This document shows, piece by piece, positions 28,816 through 39,237 of a stretch of DNA of 43,164 bases (the first letter of the stretch is position 1; each line of letters starts with the position of its first letter). The stretch comes from Thermostichus sp. DRC_bins_24. Lineage in GTDB: Bacteria > Cyanobacteriota > Cyanobacteriia > Thermostichales > Thermostichaceae. The position numbers and the translations under genes are program-made. Under the pieces are notes generated by a model, which worked only from the letters and a program-made list of their open reading frames with translations, was not told the DNA's origin and made no database searches. The stretch lies in the NCBI GenBank assembly GCA_039794845.1, contig JAUQVK010000100.1:1-43164 (forward strand), given 5' to 3'.

Positions 28816-29277
28816 ATGACAACTTCCACAGAAGACCGGCTAGACCGCATTGAGCGGGTAGTAGAAATTTTAGTTAACCAGCAGGGGGAATTGCTGGGTC
28901 ATGTCGATCAGCTTTCTCACCGAGTCGATAATCTGACAGACCGGGTTGATAATCTGACAGACCGGGTTGATAACTTGACAGACCGGGTTGATAACCTGAC
29001 AGACCGAGTTGATAACTTGACAGACCGGGTTGATAACTTGACAGACCGGGTTGATAACCTGACAGACCGGGTTGATAGCCTGACCGGGCAGGTGGATGGC
29101 CTCTCCCAAGGTGTCAACAAGCTTTCCAGTGATGTCGATAAGCTAGGCTTTAAGTTTGATGCTTCTCAGTCTGTTGGTGAGCGGCTTGAGCGGCTAGCGA
29201 CCAGTTTGATTGCTGGGGCCACCATTAGCGTTATTGCTGGGGTCATCCTCGTGCTGCTCAGAGAGGGATCCCGTTAA
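28816..29277 (+). CDS. Heptad-repeat coiled-coil protein with C-terminal membrane anchor
   Basis: (LTDRVDN)6 plus variants, then TM LIAGATISVIAGVILVLL. Start 28786 or 28816. Confidence 0.85.
   Translation: MTTSTEDRLDRIERVVEILVNQQGELLGHVDQLSHRVDNLTDRVDNLTDRVDNLTDRVDNLTDRVDNLTDRVDNLTDRVDNLTDRVDSLTGQVDGLSQGVNKLSSDVDKLGFKFDASQSVGERLERLATSLIAGATISVIAGVILVLLREGSR
28921..29088 (+). repeat. In-frame 21-bp tandem repeat, 8 units (CGRGTYGATAAYYTGACAGAC; last unit degenerate)
   Basis: Directly visible; the first seven units differ only at synonymous positions. Confidence 0.97.
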
Positions 29278-29458
29278 GCCCATCCCACGACTCAATAAAA
29301 ACTCAATAAAAAAGGGATCCCATAGGATCCCAAGATATCCTTCCTCTAGTGTTTCAGTCCTCAACACACCTGTGTGAGTTGAACCGATTGTAGGGGTTGG
29401 GTTGTGAAAATGATGTGAAGCTGCAGAGGAGAGGTATGCCCAACAGCTTAAACCTTTC

Positions 29459-30025
29459 TTAAACAGTCTCGGTTGTCGGCAAGGCAATGAGCGCTAGCTC
29501 GACTTGGGCTTCTTTGGGTTGCTCCAATTGCACCTCCACATCCCGGCCAAAGAAGCCCTGCATCTTTTTCTGATGGCTTTCCTGCCATTGTGCAAAGGGG
29601 ACGGCAGGGGAATCGAATAAGAGCACGAGTGTATAACGTCCATTTCGCAGCTCTTCTTTGTAGCCTTTCACCTTGGGCAGATCCGCTTCGAGGGGACCAC
29701 GCAGGCCGAGAAACTCTAGAGCATCTTCTAGGTGAGCATTGGCTCCGTAGCTGTATTTGGTGATATCGGCACGGACTTGCTTTTGAATCTCTGTGGCTTG
29801 TTGGGCACGTGCTTGGATGACCTCCGCGGAAGCAGTGGCTAGGGCGGGCACCGGCTTGAGCTCCACCACCTTCATGGTCACCCCCCCCAGCAGCAACGGG
29901 ATCCCAGCAAAGATGCCGATCAGGTTCAGGGTGGGATCGTTGTAATTGATGAAACCCCAAACGGTGGCGGCGACTCCGGCGAACAAAATGAGGGTGCTGA
30001 GCGGCAGAGGCAACTTTTCAAACAT
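29459..30025 (-). CDS. DUF2854-family (thylakoid) membrane protein
   Basis: Two N-terminal TMs; GIPLLLGG..K..ELKP, QAT.IQ.QVR.D.T.Y.YG..AHL..AL..LGL and FFG. Confidence 0.85.
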   Translation of the reverse strand: MFEKLPLPLSTLILFAGVAATVWGFINYNDPTLNLIGIFAGIPLLLGGVTMKVVELKPVPALATASAEVIQARAQQATEIQKQVRADITKYSYGANAHLEDALEFLGLRGPLEADLPKVKGYKEELRNGRYTLVLLFDSPAVPFAQWQESHQKKMQGFFGRDVEVQLEQPKEAQVELALIALPTTETV

Positions 30026-30174
30026 AAGGCCGTAGGAAGGGATAAAAGGCAACCTGAGAACCCAGGCTAGCAGGAAAAACGCTCCTTTCTACGACAACGA
30101 CCCCAACGGTAGACTTCACCCCAATTGGGATGGATAATGGCTTCACATTGCCTTTGTGTGTGTAGGGGTGGCCT

Positions 30175-31701
30175 GTGGTTCTGTCAAAAACGTCCCGTTG
30201 CTTACGCTCGCTCGACCGTAAGACCCAGGAGCGTGCGCCGCTCTTTGAGGCCATCCGTCACTACTGCAGCCTGGATAAGGCCCCCTTTCACACCCCTGGC
30301 CATAAGCAGGGGCGCGGGATCCCAGCCGATTTGTTGGCATTGCTGGGGGAAAACGTTTTCCGGGCGGATCTCACAGAATTGCCGGAAGTGGATAACCTGC
30401 ATGACCCAGATGGGGTGATTCTGGAGGCCCAAGCTTTGGCCGCAGAAGCCTATGGAGCAGACCGCAGTTGGTTTTTGGTGAATGGCTCCACCTGTGGCGT
30501 GGAAACACTGGTGATGTCGGTGTGTGATCCGGGGGACAAAATTCTGTTGCCTCGCAACTGCCACAAATCCGCTATCGCGGGGGTCATCCTTTCGGGAGCA
30601 GTGCCCGCCTACATTGAGCCAGATTTTGACCCAGAGCTGGGGATCGCCCATGGCATGACCCCCCTTGGGTTAGAACAAGCACTCCAGGAGCACCCCGATG
30701 CCAAAGGGGTATTGGTGGTTAGCCCCACCTATTATGGAGTTTCCTGTGATTTGCAATCGTTGGCTGCGATTGCCCATGCCCGTGGCTTGCCCCTATTGGT
30801 GGATGAGGCCCATGGCCCCCATTTTGCCTTTCACCCAGAGCTACCCCTTTCGGCCTTGGAAGCGGGAGCAGACTTGGTGGTGCAGTCCACCCACAAGGTG
30901 ATTTCCGGCATGACCCAAGCCTCGCTGCTGCACCTACAGGGATCCCGCATTGACCCCAACCGGGTGCGCAACATCTTGCAACTGTTGCAATCCACCAGCC
31001 CCAACTACGTCTTGATGATGTCGTTGGATGTGGCGCGGCGGCAGATGGCCCTGGAGGGAGAAACTCTGCTCAGCCAAACCCTGGCCTTGGCGGATCAGGC
31101 CCGCGCTCGCCTGAATCAGATTCCAGGTATACGGTGTTTTGGGCCGGAACGAGTGGGATCTACACCGGGTTTTTTCGAGTTTGACCGTACCCGCCTCACG
31201 GTCACTGTGTCGGAATTGGGACAATTTGGCTTCGATGCCCACGACTGGGTGAATGACCACTTCCACGTGCAGCCGGAGATGTCGACATTGCACAACGTGG
31301 TGTTTATCCTCAGCATTGGCAATACCCAGCGGGATATCGACCGTTTGGTGGAGAGCTTTACGGCCCTCTCCACCCACTGCCAGGGATCCCCCCAGTCCCA
31401 ATCCATGGCAGAGAAAATGCAGCGGCTGGCCCAATTGCGTCGCCCCCCCCTTGCTCCCCGGCGGCTTTCCCCCCGCCAAGCCTTTTTTGCTCCGATTCAC
31501 CGTATTCCTTTCCAAGAGGCTGTCGGACACATTTGTGCCGAGATCATCTCCCCCTATCCGCCGGGGATCCCGATTTTGGTGCCGGGAGAAGAGGTGACCC
31601 AAGAGGCGGTGGATTATCTATTGTTGGTACATGAAGCGGGTGGCTTTATCAACGGCCCGGAGGATGTACGGCTACAAACCCTCAAGGTGGTGAAAGGCTA
31701 A
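30175..31701 (+). CDS. PLP-dependent Orn/Lys/Arg decarboxylase
   Basis: Motifs FHTPGHKQG, LVNGST.G, RNCHKS, VDEAHG, QSTHK and PYPPGIP.L.PGE. Confidence 0.93.
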   Translation: MVLSKTSRCLRSLDRKTQERAPLFEAIRHYCSLDKAPFHTPGHKQGRGIPADLLALLGENVFRADLTELPEVDNLHDPDGVILEAQALAAEAYGADRSWFLVNGSTCGVETLVMSVCDPGDKILLPRNCHKSAIAGVILSGAVPAYIEPDFDPELGIAHGMTPLGLEQALQEHPDAKGVLVVSPTYYGVSCDLQSLAAIAHARGLPLLVDEAHGPHFAFHPELPLSALEAGADLVVQSTHKVISGMTQASLLHLQGSRIDPNRVRNILQLLQSTSPNYVLMMSLDVARRQMALEGETLLSQTLALADQARARLNQIPGIRCFGPERVGSTPGFFEFDRTRLTVTVSELGQFGFDAHDWVNDHFHVQPEMSTLHNVVFILSIGNTQRDIDRLVESFTALSTHCQGSPQSQSMAEKMQRLAQLRRPPLAPRRLSPRQAFFAPIHRIPFQEAVGHICAEIISPYPPGIPILVPGEEVTQEAVDYLLLVHEAGGFINGPEDVRLQTLKVVKG

Positions 31702-31727
31702 CTCAAGACCTTACCTTTGCACCTGCA

Positions 31728-33206
31728 TCATGCACGGGCTCTTGCCGTTTGCGGTTGGGGAAGCATCGGCACCGGTTTTTCTGGCACGCCGGGCTGACGG
31801 CTCACCTTCACCCGATCTACCCGTGGCCCCTCCATGCGCACCACTTGAAACTCCAGGTCCTGGTAGCTGAACTTTTCTCCGGTACGCGGGATTTTCTGCA
31901 GGTGGTAAATCAGAAAGCCCCCCAAAGTTTGGTAATCCTCGTGCAGGGGCAGGTTGAGGCCAAGGCGCTCGTTGATCTCCTCCACATCCAACTGGGCCTG
32001 GATCAAGAGAGTGTTTTCGTCGAGCTCCTGAATGTCGGGCTCTTTTTCATCGGGATCCGGGCCATCCGAGAGTTTGCCGACAATCTCTTCCACCAAGTCT
32101 TGGATCGTAATCAGTCCCGCCGTGCCGCCAAATTCATCCACCACCACCACCATCGCCCAGTGCTGCTGCTTCATCTGGGGCAACAACTCCGCGATCAGTT
32201 TGTTCTCGGGCTCGAAGTGGGCCTCTCGAATGAAGTCGGTGATCGGGCTTTGCAGATCTAGGGACCCCTTAGCCAAGTGGCTCACCACTTCCTTAACGTG
32301 GATCAACCCGCGGATGTCATCCAAGGATTCTCCAAAAACCGGGTACCGGGAATGCCCCGACTCGGCCACCTCCGCCAATACCTCTTGAACGGTTGCGGTT
32401 TCAGGTACAGCATCGATGCTGGTGCGGGGGATCATGACTTCGCTGGCGACGGTCTCTCCGAACTCGAAAATGTTGCTCAGCAGTTCCCGCTCTTCGGCTT
32501 CAATGTTGCCGGACTCCACCGATGAGGCGATCAACAATTGTAGCTCCTCCACCGTCATGGTGCTGTAGAAAGAGCTGTCCTCCGGGATCCGCGCCCCCAA
32601 CAATCGCAACACACAACGGGAGGAAAACCGCGGGAGCTCCACAAACGGCTGCAGCAGACGACTGACCAAGCGATTGAGCCAGGCCAAGTGCAGAGCAATC
32701 GGCTCAGCGTAAAGAATGGCCAGGGTTTTGGGGATCAGCTCCCCCATCACGATCTGAAAGTAGGTGAGCAGCGAAAATACCACCACCACCGCCACCCCCT
32801 GCAGCAGCCCCGCATCCACCCCCTGCAGCCACGCCAACTGGCTCAAGGCCAGAAACAAGGTGGGTGAAACTTTAGTAGCCCCAATCCAGCCCAGCAGCAC
32901 ACTGGCCAAGGTAATGCCCAACTGAGTGGTGGAAAGCGAGTACTCCAGTTGTTCCTGTGCTTTTTGCACCAGCGCCGCCTGCCGATCCCCTTCGCTGGCC
33001 AACTGCACCATCCGAGAGCGACGTGCCGAAACCAAAGAAAACTCGACAGCGACAAAAAAAGCATTGATGGCTAAAAGACCGAAGACCCAGAGGAGGCTAA
33101 GAAATGCATCTCCCCACGAAAGTTCTGTGTTGGGGAAGGCAGCCGCAGCCGCCAAGGCTAAAGGAGGGTCGTCCATCAGGGGGGCAGCGAGACGGATAGA
33201 GAGCAT
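31728..33206 (-). CDS. Hemolysin/CNNM family protein (DUF21, CBS pair, CorC)
   Basis: Motifs NAFFVA.EF.LV..R, TQLGIT, GELIPK, GHSRYPV and VVDEFGGTAGLIT. Confidence 0.95.
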   Translation of the reverse strand: MLSIRLAAPLMDDPPLALAAAAAFPNTELSWGDAFLSLLWVFGLLAINAFFVAVEFSLVSARRSRMVQLASEGDRQAALVQKAQEQLEYSLSTTQLGITLASVLLGWIGATKVSPTLFLALSQLAWLQGVDAGLLQGVAVVVVFSLLTYFQIVMGELIPKTLAILYAEPIALHLAWLNRLVSRLLQPFVELPRFSSRCVLRLLGARIPEDSSFYSTMTVEELQLLIASSVESGNIEAEERELLSNIFEFGETVASEVMIPRTSIDAVPETATVQEVLAEVAESGHSRYPVFGESLDDIRGLIHVKEVVSHLAKGSLDLQSPITDFIREAHFEPENKLIAELLPQMKQQHWAMVVVVDEFGGTAGLITIQDLVEEIVGKLSDGPDPDEKEPDIQELDENTLLIQAQLDVEEINERLGLNLPLHEDYQTLGGFLIYHLQKIPRTGEKFSYQDLEFQVVRMEGPRVDRVKVSRQPGVPEKPVPMLPQPQTARARA

Positions 33207-33298
33207 TCTAGCTTAGGGCAAACCAGTAACCGCTGGCTTCCAGCTGGAACCGGCATCAGCTTCCTTCACTCCGCCTCATCCAAGCGTTTAACTGGTCA

Positions 33299-33586
33299 TC
33301 AGTCGTCAATGTCGAGGATATCGCCGGTCGTGGCATCGATCTTGACCTCGATGTCGTTGGTAAATTCCACCTCCCAAACCAAGCGTCCATCTTCGCGCTC
33401 TAGCTCCACCTCTTTGATCACGGCGTTGGGAACGGCAGATCGGGCGATTTGAATGGCTTCTTCAATGCGGATAGCTGGTGCAGAAGATTGGGCGAGGGCT
33501 GGCTCGACAGCACCCCCCACCAGCAACATCGGGCTACTGACCGCTACAGCACCCGTCAGCAACAAAGAAGCGATAGAAAGTTTCAT
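33299..33586 (-). CDS. PepSY domain secreted protein
   Basis: Signal peptide; EEAIQIA...EVELERE.GR.VWEVE...EVKIDA.TG.I. Confidence 0.92.
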   Translation of the reverse strand: MKLSIASLLLTGAVAVSSPMLLVGGAVEPALAQSSAPAIRIEEAIQIARSAVPNAVIKEVELEREDGRLVWEVEFTNDIEVKIDATTGDILDIDD

Positions 33587-33682
33587 TTCTAACTATCTGA
33601 ATAACTGTACAGCGGCTATTCTAGGAGGGAGGAAGGCTTGCCACAAGGCACATCGCCGTCGTGGTTGAAGAGCACAAAACCG

Positions 33683-34201
33683 GTGATCAAGCTCCTCATT
33701 GGATTGCTGCTGGCGAGCATGGTGGGGGTATTCCTGTTCTGGCCTCAACGGGTGATCCTGCGGTACCGTAAGCCCTGGCAGGGTCGTCTAGCCTGGATCT
33801 GGCAATGGCATTTGCCGGGGGGACTGGTTTTGCAGGGCACTCACCGCGGCTGGCGCTGGCGCTGGGGATCCCTCTGGTGGCGCGGAGGTTGGCCTCAATC
33901 CAAGAAACGGGGGTTCACGTGGGCAGACTTGCCTCGTTTCGGGCCTGCTCTTCTTCATCTGGGCAGACAGATGCACTGGAAAGCCTGGCGAGGTGGATTG
34001 GAGCTGGGCTTTGCGGATCCTGCTCTCACCGGGCAAGGGATTGGGCTACTCGCAGCCTTACCCCCACAGCTGGCACAACACATTCGCCTCACCTTTACAC
34101 GGGTCGGTTGGCAGGGCCGGGGATCCCTGGTGGTTCAGTTTCGGGGCTGGCGGGTGTTGGGGCCAGGGTTGAAACTGGGGTGGCTTGCCCTACAGAGATA
34201 A
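33683..34201 (+). CDS. Hypothetical membrane-associated protein (DUF2953-like)
   Basis: N-terminal TM, Trp/Arg-rich, LG.ADPALTG..IG motif. Start uncertain. Confidence 0.65.
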   Translation: MIKLLIGLLLASMVGVFLFWPQRVILRYRKPWQGRLAWIWQWHLPGGLVLQGTHRGWRWRWGSLWWRGGWPQSKKRGFTWADLPRFGPALLHLGRQMHWKAWRGGLELGFADPALTGQGIGLLAALPPQLAQHIRLTFTRVGWQGRGSLVVQFRGWRVLGPGLKLGWLALQR

Positions 34202-34219
34202 CCAAGGGAGATCAGAGCA

Positions 34220-35275
34220 TCAGGCAGGCTGCAAAATTTGGCGGCAATTCACCAAGGGCATTACCCGTTCCCCAAAGCGTTGCACATCGGCCACAAAATC
34301 CGGAAACGTAAAGAGGATCCCGTCAATACTGGTTTGACTGGCGATGCGATCCAGCTCCTTGGCCACAGTCTTGTAGGAGCCAATGATGGTGGGGATCCCC
34401 ATGAATGCCTCCGCTTGATAACGCTTCACATTCACCCCCACCGGATCGGTATTGGCCGCCCCTTTCCAGCCCAGCAAGGCTTCGATGTCTCCCCCTTCCA
34501 TGTAGTGTTCGGCGGTGGCTTGCGCTTCTGCGTCGGTTTCCCCCATCACCACCGTGAAGAGGGCATAGGTTCCCACCTGGCGACCCACATTTTCGCCAAA
34601 CTCCTTGAGGCGATCGCTGATGCGGGCGGCCTCTTCCACCGGAGCCAAGATGAAATTGTGGTTGCCCATCTCTGCGGTAAAGCGCATGCCGCGCTCCGAG
34701 TGCCCTGCGCAAACAATGGGGATCTCCCGCGAAGGTCGAGGCTGACAAAGGCAGTCTTCCAACTGAAAATACTTACCCTGATAAGAAGCCCGCCCCTTTT
34801 CCCAGAGCAGCTTCATCACCTGCACGTACTCGGTGGCATAATCATAGCGATAGCCGTAGTAGTCATCCCCGGGCCACAGCCCCATCTGGGAATACTCCAA
34901 TTTGTTCCAGCCTGTTACAATATTGAGGCCAAACCGCCCCTTGCTAATGTCGTCCAGGGTTACGCACATACGGGCCGCTACTGCCGGGTGCAACGTGGGC
35001 AGAGCCACCGAAGCATAGAGATGAATTTTTTCTGTCACCGCCGCCAAACCCGCCATTAAGGTAAAGGACTCCAGGGCGTGATCCCAAAACTGGGTTTCCC
35101 CCTTGAAGCCCCGCCACTTAATCATGGAGAGAACAAACTCAAAGCCGTACTGTTCCGCCAGGAGGGTGATCTGCTTGTTCAGCTCGAAGGTGGGCATGTA
35201 CTGCGGCGAATTCACCGAGATGATCCAGCCATTGTTGGCAATAGGGATGAATACCCCAAACTGCAAATAACCCAT
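34220..35275 (-). CDS. rutA: RutA-like flavin-dependent (luciferase-like) pyrimidine monooxygenase
   Basis: GVFIPIANNGWIIS..SPQYMPTFELNK, LSMIK.RGF.GET.FWD..LESFTLMAGLAAVT and EYSQMGLWPGD closely match recalled RutA. Confidence 0.75.
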   Translation of the reverse strand: MGYLQFGVFIPIANNGWIISVNSPQYMPTFELNKQITLLAEQYGFEFVLSMIKWRGFKGETQFWDHALESFTLMAGLAAVTEKIHLYASVALPTLHPAVAARMCVTLDDISKGRFGLNIVTGWNKLEYSQMGLWPGDDYYGYRYDYATEYVQVMKLLWEKGRASYQGKYFQLEDCLCQPRPSREIPIVCAGHSERGMRFTAEMGNHNFILAPVEEAARISDRLKEFGENVGRQVGTYALFTVVMGETDAEAQATAEHYMEGGDIEALLGWKGAANTDPVGVNVKRYQAEAFMGIPTIIGSYKTVAKELDRIASQTSIDGILFTFPDFVADVQRFGERVMPLVNCRQILQPA

Positions 35276-35572
35276 CGTTCAATCCTCTTTTGGCAAAATC
35301 TCCGGGCAACGAGCCAGAAGCTCACAGCCATATCTAAGCGGGTCAAAGGCCAGAAAATGGTGTGCAACACTACTGAGCATGAACTGCTGGGATCCCGACT
35401 GGGAAAGTCTGAACTTCAAGGACTCCGTCCCACTAACGCGAACAGAGCCAACCGCTGCTAGACTGTAGAATCAAATACAAAGTTGGCCAACTTTGGGCCG
35501 ATACCCTGTCCCTGCTGGCTCCCCCAAGGGAGCATTTTTGGCCTTCGGTCACCTCAGTGGAGAGAAGACATC

Positions 35573-37369
35573 GTGGCAACTGGTGGATATGCGTTGGTGG
35601 ATAGCCTGCATCGGCATGGGGTGCAGCACATTTTTGGCTATCCCGGTGGAGCGATTCTGCCCATTTACGACGAGCTCTACAAAGCTGAGTCCCAAGGGCT
35701 CCTCAAACATTACTTGGTACGCCACGAACAGGGGGCCGTCCACGCTGCCGATGGGTATGCCCGTGCCACAGGCAAAGTAGGGGTGTGTTTTGCCACCTCT
35801 GGCCCAGGGGCTACCAACTTGGTGACGGGGATTGCCAACGCCATGATGGACTCGGTGGGGATGGTGGTGATCACCGGGCAAGTACCCCGCCATTTGATCG
35901 GCACGGATGGCTTCCAAGAGACAGATATTTTCGGCATTACCCTGCCCATTGTCAAACACTCCTATGTGGTGCGGGATCCGCGGCAGATGTCCCGGGTTGT
36001 GGCGGAGGCCTTTCACATTGCCGGAACGGGGCGACCGGGGCCGGTCTTGATTGACATTCCCAAAGATGTTGGCCTGGAAGAGTTTGATTATCAACCGGTA
36101 AGCGAGATCAACATCCCCGGCTACAAGCCTACCGTGCGGGGCAACCCCCGCCAAATTCACGCTGCCGCCAAGCTGATCCTTCAGGCCAAGCAGCCCCTGC
36201 TCTACGTCGGCGGTGGGGCGATCATCTCCGGGGCCCACGCCGAAATTGCCCAGTTGGCCCAGACCTACCGGATCCCGGTGACCACTACCCTGATGGGCAA
36301 AGGGGCCTTCGATGAAAACGATCCCCTGTCGGTAGGGATGTTGGGCATGCACGGCACTGCCTATGCCAACTTTGCTGTGACCGAGTGCGATTTGCTGATT
36401 GCCGTGGGGGCCCGTTTTGATGACCGGGTGACGGGCAAGCTGGAGGAATTTGCCAAACATGCCAAAGTGATCCACATCGACATCGACCCAGCGGAGGTGG
36501 GCAAAAATCGTGGCCCGGATGTGCCGATTGTGGGGGATGTGCGCACCGTTTTGGTGGAGATGCTGGCCCAACTGAGCAAAATGCCCTCTACCCCTGGCCT
36601 GACTCAAGCCTGGTTGGAGCGGATTGAACGCTGGAAACGGGATTATCCCCTACAGATCCCCAGCTACGAGGGGGTGATTGCCCCCCAACAGGTGATCGAT
36701 GCCTTTCGTCGCCACGCCCCCCACGCTTACTACACCACCGATGTCGGCCAGCACCAAATGTGGGCCGCACAGTTTCTGCGCAACGGGCCGCGCCAATGGA
36801 TCTCCAGTTCTGGGTTGGGCACCATGGGCTACGGCTTCCCGGCGGCGATGGGAGTTAAAGTGGCGTTACCGGAGCATGAGGTGATTTGCATCAGCGGTGA
36901 TGCCAGTTTCCAGATGAACCTGCAGGAGCTGGGCACGGTCGCTCAGTACGGGATTGCCACCAAAGTCGCCATCATCAACAACGGCTGGCAGGGGATGGTG
37001 CGGCAGTGGCAGCAGGCTTTTCACGGGGAACGCTACTCCCACTCCGATATGGCCCCCGGCATGCCGGACTTTGTCAAGTTGGCGGAGGCGTTTGGCGTTA
37101 AAGGGATCCGGGTGGATCACCCCGATCAACTGGAGGATGCCGTACAGGAGATCCTCCGGCATGAAGGGCCGGTCGTGGCGGATTTTGTTGTCAAGCGGGA
37201 TGAAAACTGCTACCCGATGGTGCCCTCCGGCAAGGCCAACTATCAGATGATCGGGATCCCGGATAAGCGGCAATTGGAGCAGGCAGCGGAGTTGATCTAC
37301 TGCCCCAACTGCGGCACCAAAAACCCCACCCTGCATAAGTTCTGCACCGAATGCGGCACCAAGCTGTGA
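35573..37369 (+). CDS. ilvB: Acetolactate synthase large subunit with C-terminal zinc ribbon
   Basis: [33 protein letters not shown] and SGLGTMG. GTG start at 35573 after GGAG. Confidence 0.96.
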   Translation: MATGGYALVDSLHRHGVQHIFGYPGGAILPIYDELYKAESQGLLKHYLVRHEQGAVHAADGYARATGKVGVCFATSGPGATNLVTGIANAMMDSVGMVVITGQVPRHLIGTDGFQETDIFGITLPIVKHSYVVRDPRQMSRVVAEAFHIAGTGRPGPVLIDIPKDVGLEEFDYQPVSEINIPGYKPTVRGNPRQIHAAAKLILQAKQPLLYVGGGAIISGAHAEIAQLAQTYRIPVTTTLMGKGAFDENDPLSVGMLGMHGTAYANFAVTECDLLIAVGARFDDRVTGKLEEFAKHAKVIHIDIDPAEVGKNRGPDVPIVGDVRTVLVEMLAQLSKMPSTPGLTQAWLERIERWKRDYPLQIPSYEGVIAPQQVIDAFRRHAPHAYYTTDVGQHQMWAAQFLRNGPRQWISSSGLGTMGYGFPAAMGVKVALPEHEVICISGDASFQMNLQELGTVAQYGIATKVAIINNGWQGMVRQWQQAFHGERYSHSDMAPGMPDFVKLAEAFGVKGIRVDHPDQLEDAVQEILRHEGPVVADFVVKRDENCYPMVPSGKANYQMIGIPDKRQLEQAAELIYCPNCGTKNPTLHKFCTECGTKL

Positions 37370-37454
37370 AGGCCGTGGGCAGGGCTCCCTCAACCCAGGT
37401 TAAAAAAGATGCAATCGGGATCCCTAGGGGATCCTGCAGAAGAAGGGGCGACGC

Positions 37455-39062
37455 CTACAACGGTCGGTAGGTGCGGTAGTTCACATTCGGGAAAATATTG
37501 TCCATATACTCCACTTTAGAGAGCCATTCTTCCTCTTCTGGGCTGGCCTTCTCCCGCCGAAACCGACCTTCCTTGATTTTTTCGTAGAGGTGGTTAAAGC
37601 GCAGCAGATGAGATTTGGTACGGCGTACCGCGTAAGGCACCATCGTACCCGTGCGCATAATGAAAGCCCAATCAGAAGACTGCGCCAAGAGCAATTCTCG
37701 GGCCGCCTGATTCAACGCACGCCACTCCAGATCATCGGCGGGCTCGCGGTAACTTAACTCGATCATCCGCTCCGTAGCCTTGTGCAGGTGGGGGTAGATC
37801 CAGGCGTTGGTTTGGTTGAGCCAGTACTCGTGAAACCCGCGTGCCCCCCAGCTGGATTGAGCCGGTTTGCAAACCTGCTGCGTCGGGTTTTCCCGCAGAT
37901 ATTCCGCCAGGTGGGTCATGCGGTAGGTGGATTGGTCGAAGTAGCTCTTGCGAATAAGGTAGTCAATGAACCAAGGGCCTTCATACCACCAATGGCCGAA
38001 CAATTCTGCATCGTAAGGAGCAACCACCAGGGGTGGACGTCCCATCACCCCGTAGAGGTGCTCAATTTGTCGCTGGCGATTGAACATGAAATTGCCCGCG
38101 TGTTCTGCTGCTTTTTCCCGCGCCCAGTAGGGGTCGTACAGTTGTTTTTGGCCCAAATCGAGGTTGCGCCCGGTGATGCGGTGGTACTTGATGCCCGTAT
38201 TTTTCCGTTGGCCATTGGGCATGATGTAGGGCTTAATGTATTCGTAATCCGCTTCGTAGCCCAGATCTTTGTAAAACTCGCGGTAGACGGGATCCCCGGG
38301 GTAGCCCACTTCTGCTGACCACACCTGTTGGGAGGACTCGTGATCCCGCCCAAAGACCGCCACCCCTGTCTCGGTAAAAATAGGGGCATAAATGCCGTAG
38401 CGAGGTCGGGGTTTGGCGTAGAGAATGCCGTGGCCGTCGGTGATCATGTAGCGCAGGCCCACATCGGCGATCATGCGCTCTAAGCCTTGGTAGTAGGCAC
38501 ATTCCGGTAGCCAAATGCCGCGGGGCCACCGGCCAAAATGTTCGTTGTAGTGTTCACACGCCGTAAGTAGCTGAGACCACACCGCTTGGGGGTACATTTG
38601 CATCAATGGCAGGTAGCCGTGGGTGGCCCCGCAGGTGATAATTTCCAGGTTACCGCTGTCTTGAAAGCCCTTAAAAGCTCTGACCAAGTCGCGGTCGTAG
38701 CGTTCCCAGAGGTCGCGGACTTTGGAAAATTCCTTGACGTAATGCTCTGCCAAATAGCGAATATGGCCGTTGGTTACGTTTTTGTCGTACTCCAGCTGGG
38801 CCAGTTCTTCCAGCTTGGTCAGGTATTCGTCGTAGCGCTCCTGCAGCAAGGGATCCCGCAGCATCGACACCAAAGGTGGCGTCAAGGACATCGTGAAGCG
38901 AAAATCAATCCCATCTCGCTGCAGCCCCTCGAACATTAGCAACAGAGGGACGTAGGTCTCCGTAATCGCCTCGTAGAGCCATTCTTCTTCCAGTACAAAG
39001 TCTTGCTCAGGGTGGCGCACGAAGGGCAGGTGAGCATGGAGAACCAGCGCGAGATAACCCAT
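37455..39062 (-). CDS. GH57 family 1,4-alpha-glucan branching enzyme (DUF1957)
   Basis: Motifs LHAHLPFV, ETY.PLL, GIWLPECAY, PYDAELFGHWW.EG and AQSSDWAF. Confidence 0.93.
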   Translation of the reverse strand: MGYLALVLHAHLPFVRHPEQDFVLEEEWLYEAITETYVPLLLMFEGLQRDGIDFRFTMSLTPPLVSMLRDPLLQERYDEYLTKLEELAQLEYDKNVTNGHIRYLAEHYVKEFSKVRDLWERYDRDLVRAFKGFQDSGNLEIITCGATHGYLPLMQMYPQAVWSQLLTACEHYNEHFGRWPRGIWLPECAYYQGLERMIADVGLRYMITDGHGILYAKPRPRYGIYAPIFTETGVAVFGRDHESSQQVWSAEVGYPGDPVYREFYKDLGYEADYEYIKPYIMPNGQRKNTGIKYHRITGRNLDLGQKQLYDPYWAREKAAEHAGNFMFNRQRQIEHLYGVMGRPPLVVAPYDAELFGHWWYEGPWFIDYLIRKSYFDQSTYRMTHLAEYLRENPTQQVCKPAQSSWGARGFHEYWLNQTNAWIYPHLHKATERMIELSYREPADDLEWRALNQAARELLLAQSSDWAFIMRTGTMVPYAVRRTKSHLLRFNHLYEKIKEGRFRREKASPEEEEWLSKVEYMDNIFPNVNYRTYRPL

Positions 39063-39237
39063 ATCAGCCGGGGATCCTCAGATGAACGGATAAAGTCCAA
39101 CCAACCCATAAATCTGTAGAGAAGGTTAAGACTTGAGATTGCTACCTATCCTCCAGCATTTCAACCCCCGGGTCAAGGGCTGGGATCGCTGGGGATCGCT
39201 ACGGGAACCTAGGCCTTAGTGGGAATCCGAGTTAGGG

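Noticed and set aside
28921..29088. CRISPR array
   Set aside because: Contiguous 21-bp units with no spacers, in frame within a CDS; no cas genes in the window.
29350..29385. GTTTCAGTCC, resembling the start of a cyanobacterial CRISPR repeat
   Set aside because: Single occurrence and the rest of the repeat is missing.
35420..35435. 15/16 match to the 42724 repeat unit
   Set aside because: Isolated short match between coding and non-coding DNA; expected by chance in 43 kb.
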